This document shows, piece by piece, positions 23,598-37,337 of a stretch of DNA of 64,000 nucleotides; positions within the stretch are counted from its first letter, which is position 1; the number at the start of each line of letters is the position of its first letter. The translations under genes were made by a program, and so were the position numbers. Source of the DNA: Chiloscyllium plagiosum (Eukaryota); assembly GCF_004010195.1 (NCBI RefSeq), contig NC_057718.1, forward strand, positions 71,023,790 to 71,087,789, given 5' to 3'. Below the pieces are notes generated by a model. The model ran no database searches. It was not told the DNA's origin and saw only the letters and a program-made list of their open reading frames with translations.

Positions 23598-25830
23598 TTC
23601 ATAGAGTCATAGAGCACAGAGACAAGCCCTTTGGCCCAAACGATCCATACCAACCAAAATGTCCATTAAAGCTAACCACATTTCCCTGCACTTGGCCCAT
23701 ATCCTTCTAAATCTTTCCTATCCATTTATTTGTCCAAATGCCTTTAAATGTTGTTAATATACTCACCTCAATCACTTCTGCTGGCAGCTGATCCCATATC
23801 CCTCAGTGTAAGAAAGTTGCCCCTCAGGTTCCCTTCTATTCTCTCCCTTCTAACCTTAAACTGATGCCCTCAAATCCTCGATTTCCCAAACCTGGGAAGA
23901 ACCCTCAAAGATCAGCAAGGAGACCTTTGTGTGGAGCCGTAGAAAATGGGGAGATACTAAATGAGTATTTTGCATCAGTATTTACTGTGGAAAAGGACAT
24001 GGACAATATAGACTGTAGGGAAATAAATGGTGACATCTTGCAAAATGTCCAGATTACAGAGGAGGAAGTGCTGGATGTTTGAAACGGGTAAAGGTGGATA
24101 AATCCCCAGGACCTGATCAGGTGTATTCGAGAACTCTGTGGGAAGCTAGAGAAGTGATTGCTGGGCCTCTTGCTGAGATATTTGTATCATCGATAGTCAC
24201 AGGTGAGGTGTCGGAAGACTGGAGGTTGGCTAAAGGGGTGCTACTATTTAAGAAGGGTGGTAAGGACAAGCCAGGGAACTGTAGACCAGTGAGCCTGACA
24301 TTGGTAGTGGGCAAGTTTTTGGAGGGAATCCTGAGGGATGGGATGTTCATGTATTTGGAAAGGCACTGATTAGGGATAGTCAACATGGCTTTGTGTGTGG
24401 GAAATCATGTCTCACAAACTTGGTTGAGTTTTTNNNNNNNNNNNNNNNNNNNNNNNNNNNNNNNNNNNNNNNNNNNNNNNNNNNNNNNNNNNNNNNNNNN
24501 NNNNNNNNNNNNNNNNNNNNNNNNNNNNNNNNNNNNNNNNNNNNNNNNNNNNNNNNNNNNNNNNNNNNNNNNNNNNNNNNNNNNNNNNNNNNNNNNNNNN
24601 NNNNNNNNNNNNNNNNNNNNNNNNNNNNNNNNNNNNNNNNNNNNNNNNNNNNNNNNNNNNNNNNNNNNNNNNNNNNNNNNNNNNNNNNNNNNNNNNNNNN
24701 NNNNNNNNNNNNNNNNNNNNNNNNNNNNNNNNNNNNNNNNNNNNNNNNNNNNNNNNNNNNNNNNNNNNNNNNNNNNNNNNNNNNNNNNNNNNNNNNNNNN
24801 NNNNNNNNNNNNNNNNNNNNNNNNNNNNNNNNNNNNNNNNNNNNATGTTGCAGCTGTACGGGACATTGGTTAGGCCACTGTTGGAATATTGCGTGCAATT
24901 CTGGTCTCCTTCCTATCGGAAAGATGTTGTGAAACTTGAAAGGGTTCAGAAAAGATTTACAAGGATGTTGCCAGGGTTGGAGGATCTGAGCTATATGGAG
25001 AGGCTGAACAGGCTGGGCTTGTTTTCCCTGGAGCGAGGGACATGGATAGGGTAAATAGGCAAAGTCATTTCCCTCGGGTCGGTGAGTCCAGACCTAGAGG
25101 GCATAGGTGAGGGGGGAAAGATATAAGAGAGACCTTAGGGGCAACTTTTTCACGCAGAGGGTGATACGTGTATGGAATGAGCTGCCAGAGGACGTGGTGG
25201 AGGCTAGTACAATTGCAACATTTAGAAGGCTTCTAGACGGGTATATGAATAGGAAGGGTTTGGAGGGATATGGGCCGGGTGCTGGTAGGTGGGACTAGAT
25301 TGGTTTGGGATATCTGGTCGACATGGACTGGTTGGACCGAAGGCTCTGTTTCCATGCTGTACATCTCTATGACTCTAAAACTGAGTGCATTCACTGTATC
25401 CATCTTATACACTTCTATAAGACCCACCCCTCAGACTCCTATGCTGTAAAGAATAAAATCCTAGCTTGTCCAACCCCTCCCTATAACTCAGATTGTTAAT
25501 TCCTGGCAATATCCTTGTAAATATCTTCTGCACTCTTTCCAGTTTAATCCTTCCGATAGCAAGGTGACCAAAACTGAACACAATACCCCAAGTACGACCT
25601 CACTAACACCTGTACAACTGCAATATAAATTTCCCAACTTGTATACTCAATGTCCTGACTGATGAAGGCCAGAGTGCCAAGAGCCTCTTTTACTGCCCTA
25701 TTCACCTGCAACTCCATTTTCAGAGAACTGTGCACCTGAACTCCCTCTGTCCCACTGCACTCCTTAAGGTCGTACCATTCACCATGAAACTCTTACCTTG
25801 GTTTGATTTTTGAAAATGCAAAACCTTTCA
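23598..25830. mobile_element. Older CR1 (minus, 23598-23900 and 25378-25830) split by a younger CR1 (plus, ~23900-25377, with N gap)
   Basis: KSPGPDQVY, PLLEYCVQFWSP; the minus-strand element resumes after the plus-strand tail. Confidence 0.85.
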
Positions 25831-27961
25831 GTTATTGTTAAATTGTCTCATCCAGGAACCCTGCCATCTGCCTTTGAATAGCTTTAATTATACAACTCTG
25901 AACACTTTTTTCTTAACTTCAGAGCAGATACAAAGCAGCTCCAGACTCAGCTAAAGTCCATCTCTAGTCTTTCAACTGCATCAAACCTCCTACATAAAGG
26001 GAATTCTGCCAAAACATTTAAAGGATCCACATACCTTACTCCCACTCCCGCCAATGTAATTGTAGCTACAGCCTATCATGCTTTTCTCTGCTTTCTTCCT
26101 TGTGTTTGTATCTGATACAAACATTAATTCCCTGGGTTTGAATGTTAAATGAACCATTCTTTTGTTTCTACCCTTAAAGAATGTTTGTTGCGTGTCATTT
26201 ATCAATGGGATTTCATAGTCAAAGGATTTGGGGAATATACAATTTGTTTTGAAATGGAGGATTTTTTTGAAAAATTAGAAATTGTCTGTTATGGATGTAA
26301 GGCAACCACAAAATAATTCAATTCACCTCTCCCTCGCAGCCATGTTGCAGCATGAAAATAAGACATTCTCATAATGAACAAAATTGTCCTCCAAATGGGA
26401 AAAAATGTCAGGTCTCTGAAACATAGCCTTGATAATCATACTGTATGTTTTGCAAAATTATTTTCTGTAAAATTAAAACATACTAGACGTCATTTACAGC
26501 ACAGCTTGTAGAATCATAGAGATGTACAGCACGGAAACAGACCCTTCGGTCCAAATCATCTATGCCGACCATTGGCTGGAGGTGGGTATTGAGTTAGTGC
26601 TCAATGGAGACTTCACCTCTGTGGGTAACGTTTACTGAGGAAGAATGGGGGAAAAGGGAAAGAAATTATAATTTTGAGAGATATGGGATCTAATTAGTCT
26701 CTAATATGAAGAGATGAATGTATTTGCACTCTATCTGATGTGTTACCTGAGAGAGTTGTAATTTGTGGAATTTAGTGTTCCCCTGTTTAAGATCAGGCTG
26801 AAGAGCGAAATCAAGACTGGGGAAGTAACAGTGGGAGTGACTGACAGAGTGCCAGTTCCAGGAATACTGTTTGTTCTTGGGAATAATTAGGCAGGATCCA
26901 AGGTGTGAGTGGCACCCCTTGTTGTGGAGAACCAAAGGAAGACCAGGGAACTGAGGAGTTAAAAGAAAAATACCTGGAACTTTTCAAGACTGTGCAGTGA
27001 CAAGATCCCCCTATCATAAGCAATAGCAAGAAGCAAAACTAAAGGAATTGAGGTTCAATGAGCGGACACCCGCATATAACACTAGTTTGGCCTCAATTGA
27101 AATATTGAGCTCAGTTCAAGGCACTCAACTTTAGTAAAGACTCAAAGGTCTTATGGTGCATATAAGATTCATAAAATGATTCCAAGGATGAGAATTTTTA
27201 ATTATAAAGATAAATTGGAGAATTTGTGACTGTGATTGAGAACCAGAGGGTAGAGTGCATAAGTCAGCAGAACCAATTGCAATATGAGGAAAGAATTTTT
27301 CATGTAGTAAGTATGCACTGCCTGAGTGTGTCATGAAGGAAGGTTGAATCTAGGTATTCAAGAGTGAATTGAATTATTATCTGAAAATGAAAAGCTACAA
27401 GAAGTGGCAAGCAGGGAAGTGGCAGTAGATGAATTGCTCGTTCAGTTGATATAAGAAAGCTGAATGGCTTCTGTGCTGAAGCCATTTATGACTCTACGAA
27501 GCAGCTACTTTAAGATAAATTAGTGTTTGACCAGTTGGTGACACACAAGGAAAAGGTCGGGCTCAGAAGCTATCTTCCTGTACTAGAAATGTGAGACTCA
27601 AATCTAGACTCCTGAATATCAAGGAGCCCAGAAGGTACAAAAAAAGCATGGACAAAATATTAGAAGTAGGCATGTTTATTGATTATCAGGATGATTTGAC
27701 GTCAGATACTGATGCAGTCCATTCCCATGTGTACCATAACACTCAATGACACTAACATTTATGTCACACAAGTGCAAAGCAATGATCAGATACAATAAGG
27801 AAGACTTAACCATCTTCCCTTGACATTTGATGGCATTATCATAATAGAATCCCGCATCTTCTACATTCTGAAGATTAGCGTTGACAGGAAACAGAACTAG
27901 ACTATCCATTTAAAAGCTGTGACTACATGGATATGTTAGAGACTGGGAATTCTATGGAGTG

Positions 27962-28026
27962 CGCTTTTCCAGCAACACATTTTCAGCTCTGATCTCCAGC
28001 ACCTGCAGCCCTCACTTTCTCTCGAA
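27962..28026 (+). mobile_element. Very short PLE 3'-terminal insertion
   Basis: 14-bp TSD aattctatggagtg; sequence equals the PLE terminus. Confidence 0.8.
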
Positions 28027-28213
28027 AATTCTATGGAGTGTACCTGGCCTCTTGACTCCCCAAAACTGGCTACCATTTCTAAGGCATAAGTCAGGAGCAT
28101 GATGGCTACATTTCAATTGCCCTGATGAATGCAGCTTCAGTAACACTCAACATCACTCAAGGAGCTTAACACTTCCGAGACAAATCATCTTGTTTGATTT
28201 GCACCCTATGGTG

Positions 28214-28537
28214 GATGGCACAGTGGTTAGCACTGCTGCCTCTCAGCGCCTGATACCCGGGTTCAATTCCCGCCTCAGGCGACTGACTGTGTGGAGTTTG
28301 CATGTTCTCCCAGTGACTGCGTGGGTTTCCTCCGGGTGCTCCGGTTTCCTCCCACAGTCCAAAAGATGTGCAGGTCAGGTGAATTGGCCGTGCTAAATTG
28401 CCCATAGTGTTAGGTAAGGGGTAAATGTAGGGGTATGGGTGGGTTACGTTTCGGCGGGTCGGTGTGGATATGTTGGGCCGAAGGGTCTGTTTCCACACTG
28501 TAATGTAATGTAATGTAATGTAATGTAATCTAATCTA
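28214..28537 (+). mobile_element. HE1-like SINE with (TAATG)n/(TAATC)n tail, inside an older LINE remnant (~28080-28890)
   Basis: Full SINE consensus with A and B boxes. Confidence 0.9.
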
Positions 28538-29170
28538 TCTTCCACTGGTATATAGAGAACAGTGTGTACAATCTACAAGATGCATTACTGCAACTTACCT
28601 AGGCTTCTTCAACAGTACTTTCCAAATCTGCAAACCATACCACCCAGAAGAACAAATGTATGGACACATAGAAACACCATTACTTGCAAGTTCACTTCCA
28701 AATTTTCTCACCTTCCTAACTTGAAATTCATTTCAATCCTCACAACACAGTCAGTAGGTAAAAATCCTGAAACTTGCAAACAGATGTATCTATACCAATT
28801 CAAAAAGTTTGCTCACCACCATCTTCTCATAGGCAACTGGACTTGAGGTAACAAATGTTAGTCTTGCCAGTGATGGTCACATCTTGAACATTTTTTTTTA
28901 AAATCACTGATATGGATTTAAATGTAATGTTATGACATGGTGGTGAACCCTTCTGTTAATTAAACCAAACACCCAGAAAAGCTCACTTTGCTTTGTAATC
29001 TGTTAAAATATGAGTGACAGAGAACTCCCAAATTCCACTATTTAAAGAAAATAATATCAATTTATTCTTTAACTAAGCAAGTGAACATTAAACAACAACT
29101 ATTCACAACGGACAGCTCCCATTTCTCTTAACTGCTTATTACCTGCCTCCAACTCTACATCATAAACAAC

Positions 29171-31012
29171 TTGGATAAACTGCAGAATTGGGCTGAGAGG
29201 TGGCAAATGGAGTTCAATGCAGCTAAATATGAGGTGATGCACTTTGGGAAGAATAACAGGAAGGCAGAGTACTGGGTCAATGGAATGATTCTTGGTAGTA
29301 TGGATGTGCAGAGGGATCTTGGAGTCAATGTACATAGATCCCTGAAAGTTGCCACCCAGGTGGATAGTACTGTAAAGAAGGCATACGGTGTGTTAGGTTT
29401 CATTCGTAGAGGGATCGAGTTCCGGAGCCTCAATATCATGCTGCAACTATACAAAATGCTAGTGCAGCCACACTTGGAATATTGTGTACAGTTCTGGTCC
29501 TCATATTTCAGGAAGGATGTGGAAGCATTGGAAAAGGTGCAGAGGAGACTTACCAAGATGCTGCCTGGTCAGGAGGCAAGGTCTTATGAGGAAAGGCTGA
29601 GAGACTTGAACCTGTTCTCATTGGCAAGAAGGAGGCTAAGAGGGGATTTGATAGAGACATGCAAGATGATCAGAGGATTAGATAGGGTGGACAGTGAAAG
29701 TCTTTTTCCGAGGATGATGACGTCAGCATGTATGAAAGGGCATAACTATAAATTGAGGGGTGTTAGATTTAAGACAGATGTCAAAGGCAGGTTCTTAGAG
29801 TGGGAAGGGCGTGGAATGCCCTACCTGCTAATGTAGTCAACTTAGCCACATTAGGGAGATTTAAACAATCCTTAGATAAGCACATGGATGATTTTGGGAT
29901 AGTGTAGGGGGACGAGCTGAGAATAGTTCACAGGTTGGCGCAACATTGAGGGCCGAAGGGCCTGTACTGCGCTGTATTGTTCTATGTTCTAACAGTGGCC
30001 CCAGCACTGATCCCTGTGGAACACCACTGGTCACCTTTCTCCATTTCAAGCAACTCCCTTCAACTACTACTCTGTGTCCTGTTGCTCAGCCAGGACATCT
30101 ACCTAGCTAGACCACCCTGCACACCATGTGACTGCACTTTCTCCATTAGTTTACCATGAGGAACCTTATCAAATGCCTTACTAAAGTCCATGTATATGAC
30201 ATTAACAGCCCTACCTTCATCTATCAACTTGGTCACTTCCTCAAAGAATTCTTTGAGGAAGGTTTAGGGTGAGATGGGAAAGATGTATTTGGATAGGCAA
30301 GGACGGATTAGGGATAGCCAGCATGACTTTGGGCATGGGAAGTCATATCTCAAGAATTTGATTGAGTTTTTTTGAAAAAGTTACCAAGAGGATTGATGAG
30401 GGCAGAGTAGTGGACGTGATCTATATGGACTTTGGTAAGGCATTCGACAAGGGAGTCCAGTACTAGGCATAGGTTTAGGGTGAGAGGGAAAAGATATAAA
30501 AGGGACCTAAGGGGCAATATTTTCATGCAGAGAGTTGTGCATGTATGGAATGAGCTACCAAAGGAAGTAGTGGAGATTGGTACAATTGCAGCATTTAAAA
30601 GGCATTTGGATGGGTATATGAATAGGAAGGGTTTAGAGGAATATGGGCCATGTGCTGGCAAATGGGACTAGATTAGGTTAGGATATCTGGTCGGTGTGGA
30701 CAAGTCGGACCGAAGGGTCTGTTTCCCTGCTGAACATATCTATGATTCTATGACTCTATTTAAAAGGGACCTTGGGGCAACTTTTTTCACGCAGAGGGTG
30801 ATGTATAGAATTAGCTGCCTGAGGAAGTGGTGGAGGCTGGTGCAATTATAACATTTAAAAGGCATCTAGATGGGTAAATGAATAGGAAGGGTTTAGAAGG
30901 ATTTGAGCCAAATGCTGGCAAATGGTACTTGATTAATTTAGGATATCTGGTCGGCCTGGCCAAGTTGGACTAAAGGGTCTGTTTCTGTGGTGTAAAATTC
31001 AATGATTTTATG
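29171..31012. mobile_element. CR1 cluster: plus copy 29171-29990, inverted RT fragment 29991-30250, further plus-strand fragments and tails
   Basis: 221-aa RT C-terminal [16 protein letters not shown] on the minus strand; repeated 3' ends. Confidence 0.85.
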
Positions 31013-33919
31013 AAACGGAATTACTGCACCTGAATTCCATGGATTAATCTAGATGGAGAGATTGCACAATATTGTTTTGTATTCCTCGAAATTTAAAAGG
31101 TAAAGGTTTGATATGAGCAAAGACTATGACATTAATGGACGCTGATCAGGTAAGTAGAAATTATTTATGCTGATTGAAGTGTCTAGGATTATAAAATCAA
31201 AGTCAGGAGTAAAAACATACACAGGTTGATTGGTGTTTGCAACTCTTTTTGCAAATGAATTAATGCTACATCAGTTTACATAAGACTGATAGATTTTTGT
31301 ATGAAAGGAAATAGGGAGTTAGGTCATAGATCAACAGTGACCTTAAAGAGTGACAGACAGGCTTGAGAAGTGAAAAGATCTACCACTAGGCCATCACCTT
31401 CATATGTGAGGACATTAATATTTGGATCCATTTCTGAGCAAACCAGAAACCTATGAGTGGTAACACTTATGGAATAGATCGTTCTAAGAGTTGCTGGATG
31501 GCAACATACAATTCTGCTAGCAGTCGAGTGTGGGCTTCATGCAACATTTTCAATAGATCACTCAGTTAGTTCAGGTTGACTGAAGAAGTTGAGTGTGGAA
31601 ATTGAAAACCAATATTTTATGGTGCAACTTTAGATCAAAATTAGAGCTCAAGGAAAAACCCAAGTGCAGTTTTAGCTTGGTACTGCTATTGTCAGTGTAG
31701 AGCCAGTGCTATGTTTATGAATGAATCCTGAAGTACAGTTTCAGAGAGCCAGGGGAACTTAAAGGGAGGAAAGGATCCACCAGAATAGGAGTAGTTGTTG
31801 ACGTAGTTGATGACAGAATGGCTGGAGAGGACTTTTTAAGCCTAAATCAGCAAAAGTGAAGAATCATAAACCCTTGAAGTTTAATGGGATTTGATAACCC
31901 ATTGCAGGGGAATTGCTGAGAAATCTGTGGGATCTGGCTTTATTAAATTTGCAATTTCTTTCCCCATTCTATCATATTAATTCTGGGTGTTAGAATACAA
32001 ATTGTACATGGTGTTATTGTTCTACAAAGTTTATTGTCTGTTAAAAACAATGGAATATTGTGGCTTTATTCTCCTCCGATCTTACACTTTATCTACTTTG
32101 AGGAAAAAGGTTACTGGTCTCAAGCCAGTTAATAACAATATAGCAGTCAGGTCCAGGATTATTACACATAAAGATTCCTTGCTTCTGTATTTTATGCCCC
32201 TTTTTGATAAACTGCAAACTGTCACATTCTTTTATTAACTGTTCGAGCAACCTGTCATACATTGATTTATGTACAAATATTCCAATGTCCCTCTGCTTTG
32301 GCACCCCCTAAAGAATTGCATTCTTTATTTTGTAAGATATTTATATATTCTTTTTAACCAAAATGAATTTTACTCTTCTCTGCATTAAATTTCACCTGCT
32401 ATATATCTGTCCATTCAACCCACCTTTTGAAGATCAACTCGATCTGCCTCACAGTTTACAATACTTGCGATGCCATTTCTGTCCTTCTTTAACCCATGTT
32501 TCTGTAATGGCTTGATACCATTCTTAGAAGTGTCTACCTGTGTCTTCACGTCTTCTGCCGCATACACTTCAATATGAGAAGTTTAGTGAATGTAATTAAT
32601 CATCGTCAAATGCTTTTGCTGTCTATCTCCTTTGTTTTCAAGATTTACTTATTTTCACTTACAACTTTCCAGTTTTGCCCATCTCTGACTCAATCTATGC
32701 TTATTCTCATACCTTTAACAAGCGAGGTTAAAATCTCCCCAACAACAATAGCAAACCTCCATGCAATAATATTGGTTCTCGCCCTCATGACATTCAATCC
32801 CTCTGGCTCCTACAGTTACCACTTCTCCGAATGCCTATCCTAATGGCCGAAATGTTAAGCCTCCCTCATGAAAAAATCTTTCCAGCCATTCAATCATACA
32901 CTGTATCACCCTAAATCTTTAATTACAAGTATGTGACACCAAGTATTTTGAGGTCCTAAAAATTTATTCCTTTCCAATCACACTGATGCTGCCAAAAGGA
33001 CATCATCCCTCTTTGCACCAATGTAATTCGTAGGACTGGTATAACAATGACCTCTAACTGCTACCTCCTCAATTGCTCAGTGGTCCTGGCATCAAAGAGA
33101 CAACATTCAATTTTGGAATCACATCTGCAGAAACACCTGATTGTTCCCATCACCTCTCACTGTTTACTTTGTGAACTTCCTCCTTAGTCAAGTACACCTG
33201 AGTCACCAATGGAATTGGCTCTAGCTGTTCTCCAAAGACAGACCATTGCCCTTCCCAGAACTGAATATTTATCAGGTGGTCATCCTCTCTGCCTCTACAT
33301 TCTTAAGCTGAGAGGAGAGGAGTTAGGTGACCACCTCCTGAAATACATGGATAACTCTTAAATGTTCTGCACAGACACCAGCTGCAGCTCAAGCTCCTCT
33401 AGCTGATAATACTTCTGATGCACTGGTTTGTCTAGGACACTAAAATAAGCTGGAGCTCTCCCATAGCATATGAGGTGCATTCAACAAAATTGAAATGTTC
33501 GGTCATGGAGTTTTTTTGGTAGGCTACTATCTAAAATTTTAAAAAAATGAATTGCTGATTTGTTGCTGATCAGAACCGAATGAAATCTCCCCAGCTACTG
33601 ACCAATCTGTTTTCTTCCATTTTCTGATGTGAACTTAGGTGCTTTTAAATCCCTCTCCCTAACAATGACATACAGATAACTTCAGGGTCACTGATTGAGG
33701 CCTATTCTCAGTAACTCATTACTTTAATTCTCTGCCACACTGCTGCTCCAACACCAATTTTTCTCAGAATGATACTCTTTTACCCCTTGGCTCTTTGATT
33801 CAGATCACCGTCTGTCTGAATTTCTCCTTCGTTAAACTGTATGTACTTATACCATTCACTATTTTAAAAAGGAAGTAAAGAGAAAACAAAATTAAAACTG
33901 ATTAGCCTGGCATTCGTAA

Positions 33920-36620
33920 TGGGGTACATGCTGGAGACTACAGCAAAGTATTTAATAACACATCATCTGGAAAACAGTGACAGGATTAAATTTACAAAAT
34001 GGAAATCATGCTTGACAATTCTATGGAATCTTGATAGGATATAATTAGTAGAGTTGCTGCTCAGTTTACTTGGGCTTTCAAAAGGCTTTCAGTAAGATTC
34101 CATGTAAGAGATTAAAATAAATGGGATTGGAATAATGTACTGACATGAACAGAAAACTGATTGGCAAATAGGAAAGAAAGAGTGGGAACAAATGGGTTGG
34201 CAGAATACTACAAGGATCAGTGTTATGACCCCGTTACTCATGATATCTATATATAAATGAGGGAATTAAATATGATATCTCTAAGTTTGCAGATGTCTCA
34301 AAGCTGGGTAGGAGAGTATACTATGAGCAAGATGCCGAAATGCACGACCTGCCTGTGAAGGGCAGGTCGTGCCTCACAAACCTTATTGAATTCTTTGAGA
34401 AGGTGACTAAGGAGATGGACGAGGGGAAAGCGATAGATGTGGTGTATATGGATTTTAGTAAGACGTTTGATAAGGTTCCCCATGGTAGACTACTGCAAAA
34501 AATACGGAGGTATGGCATTGAGGGTGAGTTGGAGGTTTGGATTAGGAGTTGGCTGGCTGGAAGAAGACAGAGGGTAGTAGTTGATGGCNNNNNNNNNNNN
34601 NNNNNNNNNNNNNNNNNNNNNNNNNNNNNNNNNNNNNNNNNNNNNNNNNNNNNNNNNNNNNNNNNNNNNNNNNNNNNNNNNNNNNNNNNNNNNNNNNNNN
34701 NNNNNNNNNNNNNNNNNNNNNNNNNNNNNNNNNNNNNNNNNNNNNNNNNNNNNNNNNNNNNNNNNNNNNNNNNNNNNNNNNNNNNNNNNNNNNNNNNNNN
34801 NNNNNNNNNNNNNNNNNNNNNNNNNNNNNNNNNNNNNNNNNNNNNNNNNNNNNNNNNNNNNNNNNNNNNNNNNNNNNNNNNNNNNNNNNNNNNNNNNNNN
34901 NNNNNNNNNNNNNNNNNNNNNNNNNNNNNNNNNNNNNNNNNNNNNNNNNNNNNNNNNNNNNNNNNNNNNNNNNNNNNNNNNNNNNNNNNNNNNNNNNNNN
35001 NNNNNNNNNNNNNNNNNNNNNNNNNNNNNNNNNNNNNNNNNNNNNNNNNNNNNNNNNNNNNNNNNNNNNNNNNNNNNNNNNNNNNNNNNNNNNNNNNNNN
35101 NNNNNNNNNNNNNNNNNNNNNNNNNNNNNNNNNNNNNNNNNNNNNNNNNNNNNNNNNNNNNNNNNNNNNNNNNNNNNNNNNNNNNNNNNNNNNNNNNNNN
35201 NNNNNNNNNNNNNNNNNNNNNNNNNNNNNNNNNNNNNNNNNNNNNNNNNNNNNNNNNNNNNNNNNNNNNNNNNNNNNNNNNNNNNNNNNNNNNNNNNNNN
35301 NNNNNNNNNNNNNNNNNNNNNNNAAGATGATTCGGGGTTTAGATAGGGTCGACAGTGAGAATCTTTGTCCACGTATGGAGTGAGCTATTACAAGGGGGCA
35401 TAGCTTTAAATTAAGGGGGGGTAGGTATAGGACGGATGTTAGGGGTAGGTTCTTTACTCAGCGAGTCGTGAGTTCATGGAATGCCCTGCCAGTAGCAGTG
35501 GTGGACTCTCCCTCATTATGGGCATTTAAGCGGGCATTGGATAGGCATATGGAGGATAGTGGGCTAGTGTAGGTTAGGTGGGCTTGGATCGGCGCAACAT
35601 CGAGGGCCGAAGGGCCTGTACTGCTCTGTATTCTTCTATGTTCTATGCTTCAGTGTGATTTGGATAAGTTGAGTGAGATGGCAAATGCATGACAGATAAA
35701 GTTATGATGGGGATAAATGTGAAACTATCCAATTTGATAGCAAAAACATTATAATTGAATGGTGATAGCTTGGGAAAGGAGGAGGTGCAAGAGGACCTGG
35801 GTGTTCATGTACAGCAGTTGCTGAAAGTAAGCGTGCAGGTGCAGCATGTGGTAAAGGTGGCAAATGGCATGTTGGCTTTTATCATGAGAGGATTCAAATA
35901 TAGAGGATTCCTGAAGAAGGGCTTATGCCCAAAACATCGATTCTCCTGTTCCTTGGATGCTGCCTGACCAGCTGCGCTTTTCCAGCAACACATTTTCAGC
36001 TCTGATCTCCAGCATCTGCAGTCCTCACTTTCTCCTCGAAGATTCAAATATAGGAACAGGGATATATTGCTGCAATTGTACAGGATGAAACCAGATCTGG
36101 AGTACTGTGTGCATAGGAAGGATGTTCTTGCTAGTTAAGTGTGCAAAGTGTATCAGACTGATTCCCAGGGTAGCAGTACTGATGTAATGAAGCCTGGATT
36201 TGTTAGGAATATATTCATTGGCGTTTAGAAGAATGAGGGGAGATCCCATGGAGTTTTATAAAATTCTAATAGACCTAGACAGGATAAACACAGGAAGAAT
36301 GTTCCCAATGACTGGGGAATCCAGACATTGGGGTCAGTTTAAGAATACAAGGTAGGGCATTTGGGACTGAGATGAGGAGAGGTTTCCAGAGATTGGTGAG
36401 CTGTGGAATTCCCTGCCACAGAAAATGGTTGAGGCCAAAACATTGAATTTTCTCAAGAATGAGATTGATATAGTTCTTAGGACTAAAGGGATCAAAGGGT
36501 ATGGTGAAAAAGCAGGAATAAATTATTGAGTTGGATTATCAGCCAGGAGCATATTGAATGGTTGAACAGCCTTAAAGGGCCAAAATGGCCTACTCCTGCT
36601 CCTATTTTCTATGTTTCTAT
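33920..36620 (+). mobile_element. Old CR1 with a nested younger CR1 (~34352-35647, N gap)
   Basis: GRSCLTNLIEFFE, DFSKTFDKVPH; tail ttctatgttctatg at ~35640, after which the older copy resumes. Confidence 0.85.
35904..36040 (+). mobile_element. Single-arm PLE terminal repeat beginning at the hammerhead motif
   Basis: 13-bp TSD gattcaaatatag; ctgaagaagggcttatgccc from 35911. Confidence 0.85.
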
Positions 36621-37247
36621 TCCTAATAAAAATCTATTTTCAGTCTTAAAAATTTGAAGCACAAACAGTTATTTTTTAAAACAGAAGTGTTCTAGGTTTT
36701 CATTATTTTCGATATGACAAAGTGCATTAAGATTGAATCATGAATATCTGTATCTAATATTAAGATCATACCCCCATTTCAAAGTTCCTCATCAGAAGAT
36801 ATAGTTTCTCTTTATTTCCCCCTTTTAATTCTTTTCAAGCATTTCAATTAGTTAACCAAATTTAAAGGAAACACAAGCCAAATACTTTCATATCAATGTT
36901 TCTCAGAGGGCTTTGCAGTCCACAAATTGGCTATCCCTAATTTATAATAATTGTTCAATGCTTTTGATCATCGGGAGCACATGATAATTGTGTAAATTGT
37001 ATAAATTGCAAACTGTTTCCCTTTTTTGAAGGGAAACAAAGTTAACCACGCTCAAAAAGTAGCCTCAAAAAGGTTTCACAAACATTTTATTCATCTGTTA
37101 ATTATAAGTGAAAGACAACTATTTGTTTTTGTTTTATTTGGACATAACATATATATTATAATTTGAAAAGTATCACATCTATAGGAATCCTTATTGAAAG
37201 GCTAGCCAAAAAACAAGATAACACAGACTTCATAAAATTTCACGTAC

Positions 37248-37337
37248 CATACACAGCAGTCTTCGAGGGGGAATAGACGTACGCTAGTGTGTACAGGTAA
37301 TAGTTCAGCAGCCCATAGAAAGATAAAAATTCAGCTG
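37248..37337 (-). CDS. TMEM181: TMEM181 coding exon (SAEFLSFYGLLNYYLYTLAYVYSPSKTAVYE)
   Basis: cctAC|CAGCTGAA...GTATG|GTacgt; 90 nt; recognisable TMEM181 peptide. Confidence 0.95.

Noticed and set aside
28928..29170. Possible solo LTR fragment (starts TGTTATGA); similar suspicion at ~31400-32140
   Set aside because: No second copy, TSD or internal domain visible, so it cannot be supported without a repeat library.
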